NCBI GenBank assembly: GCA_030324005.1
Contig: JARDVH010000031.1
Coordinates: 63,942,964 to 64,006,963, forward strand
Reading direction: 5' to 3'
From: Negaprion brevirostris
Taxonomy: Eukaryota
DNA: 64,000 nucleotides
The notes under the pieces are model-generated. The model saw only the letters and a list, made by a program, of their open reading frames with translations. It had not been told where the DNA came from and did no database searches. Below are positions 62,550 to 64,000 of the stretch, piece after piece (position 1 is the first letter of the stretch; each line of letters starts with the position of its first letter). Position numbers and translations under genes: made by a program.

Positions 62550-63185
62550 AGAACTTGCATTATCTCAAGATGTCCCAAAATGTTTTTGCCTGCTTTTGAA
62601 TGTGTACTTTCTGTTGTAAAGTAGGAAACAGAGGTTAATTTGTGCACAAGTTTGTACAGATGGCAATATGAAAAAGTCAGATACAGTGTATCAAAACTGG
62701 CAATCTCCGAACTTGAGTCTATGTTGGATTTTGAGTTGGGTGATTTGGGTTAGGTCAAAGTCACTTAGCTGTCTGGAGTGTGGGGAAAAGCTCAACATGC
62801 AAAGCTGAGAACTAGTCAGTGTGCCATTGCAGCATCTAACCCAGCAAGCTGATAAGTTACTTATCTCTAATAATAAAAACAAATGCATGATAGCTTAAAA
62901 ATACATTCAGTTTACAAGCATTGCTAGTTTTCGGATAGCCAGATTTGAGGCACTATATCTGTAATTTATTTTGATAATTGAAGGATAAGCATTGGTCAGG
63001 ACACCAGTGACAATTCTCATGCTCTTCTTCAAGATGACCTTTTACATCCAACTGAGTTTAATGACTCAGCTCAAAGACAGCATCTCCAATACTGCAGCAT
63101 CCCTTAGCACTGCAATTTAGGGTTTCAGCATAGATTTGAGATTTCAAGTTTTTGGAATGGGGCTTGAGCCCACAACCTTCTGGGT
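62550..63185 (-). mobile_element. Deu-domain SINE (SacSINE1-like), interrupted by an insertion at about 62690-62950
   Basis: 'gataagcattggtcaggacaccagtgacaattctcatgctcttcttcaa…aaagacagcatctccaatactgcagcatcccttagcactgca…tggggcttgagcccacaaccttctg'. Confidence 0.6.
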
Positions 63186-63189
63186 CAGC

Positions 63190-63530
63190 ACCCTAGTCTC
63201 CAAATCTCTGATTCTCCACCTTGATTAAAAAAAAATTCTATCATGTCATGGTCACTTATCCCCAAGGGCGCTCGCACAGTTAGGTTGGTAATGATTCCCT
63301 TCTCATTACCCAATCTAAGATGGCTTGCTCTCTAGTTTTTTCCTCCATACATTGGTCAAGAAAACCACCCCGTATACATTCCAGAAATTCCTCCTCTACG
63401 GCATTGTGGCTGATTTGATTTGCCCAATCTATGCACAGATAGATGATCACTGATATTTGCTTATCACATGCATCTCTAATTTCATGCTTAATGCTATTCC
63501 CAACATCACTGCAGTTTGGGGGTCGATATG
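63190..63530 (-). mobile_element. CR1 LINE endonuclease fragment
   Basis: YRPPNCSDVGNSIKHEIRDACDK…IDWANQISHNAVEEEFLECIRGGFLDQCMEEKTREQAILDWV. Confidence 0.8.
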
Positions 63531-64000
63531 AAATATTCAAGAAACATTGAACTTTCATTTCATTGAATTTAAAGACCTAGTGAAATTTTAAAGTCTATTG
63601 ATATCCGGTTATCAGTGTGTCCCCTGATATCTGACTCAGATTTCAAGATACAAAAAATATTTTCCCTTTTTTTTCTATAAATGGCATGCCAATTTTCTGT
63701 TTACCTATACTGGGAAAGAATATGATTGCTTGTAGCTGGCTTGTAAAGCCTCCCTACTTATTGGGTAAAAACTATGACTATGAACTAATGGTTGTGCCTG
63801 TCGAATTGTTCTGGATTGTTCCCGTTGATGTGGAGTCTGTTTCACAATGTAAGCAGGGACAGATTCCACAACACTAGAACTCCCAACAGATTAGAGGATA
63901 AATGTATAATAGAAGTGGTTTGTGATGGAAGAGGATATTTGTTAGCATGACATTTAGATTTCTCTCTCTTTGGAGAGCCAACTATTCACTCCTGCAATAA

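Noticed and set aside
1-64000. Prokaryotic-type systems (CRISPR arrays, operons, defence islands)
   Set aside because: The sequence is intron-containing vertebrate DNA and no regularly spaced repeat-spacer array was seen.

Overview
Eukaryotic, vertebrate DNA, most likely a cartilaginous fish (shark), judged from the HE1/V-SINE, Deu-domain SINE and CR1-type LINE content. It is a draft scaffold with many N gaps. The + strand carries a complete cyclin T2 gene (CCNT2): CpG-island promoter, 9 coding exons at 712-20383, about 737 aa. The - strand carries the 3' part of MAP3K19/YSK4: 7 exons at 62278-36846 that join into one 1415-aa open frame, with the N-terminus probably outside the window. The two genes lie tail-to-tail, as in human. 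Unexpectedly, two intact exons of CNOT4 (25897-26094 and 29364-29450) sit between them, and I could not find the flanking CNOT4 exons. CCNT2 shows layered splicing features: a U12-type intron 1, a candidate poison (NMD) exon in intron 6, and a dual-coded exitron in the last exon that would give T2a/T2b isoforms. Its core promoter is tandemly duplicated, and its introns hold several perfect or homogenised inverted repeats. Comparisons to human proteins are from memory and repeat boundaries are approximate; no searches were run.
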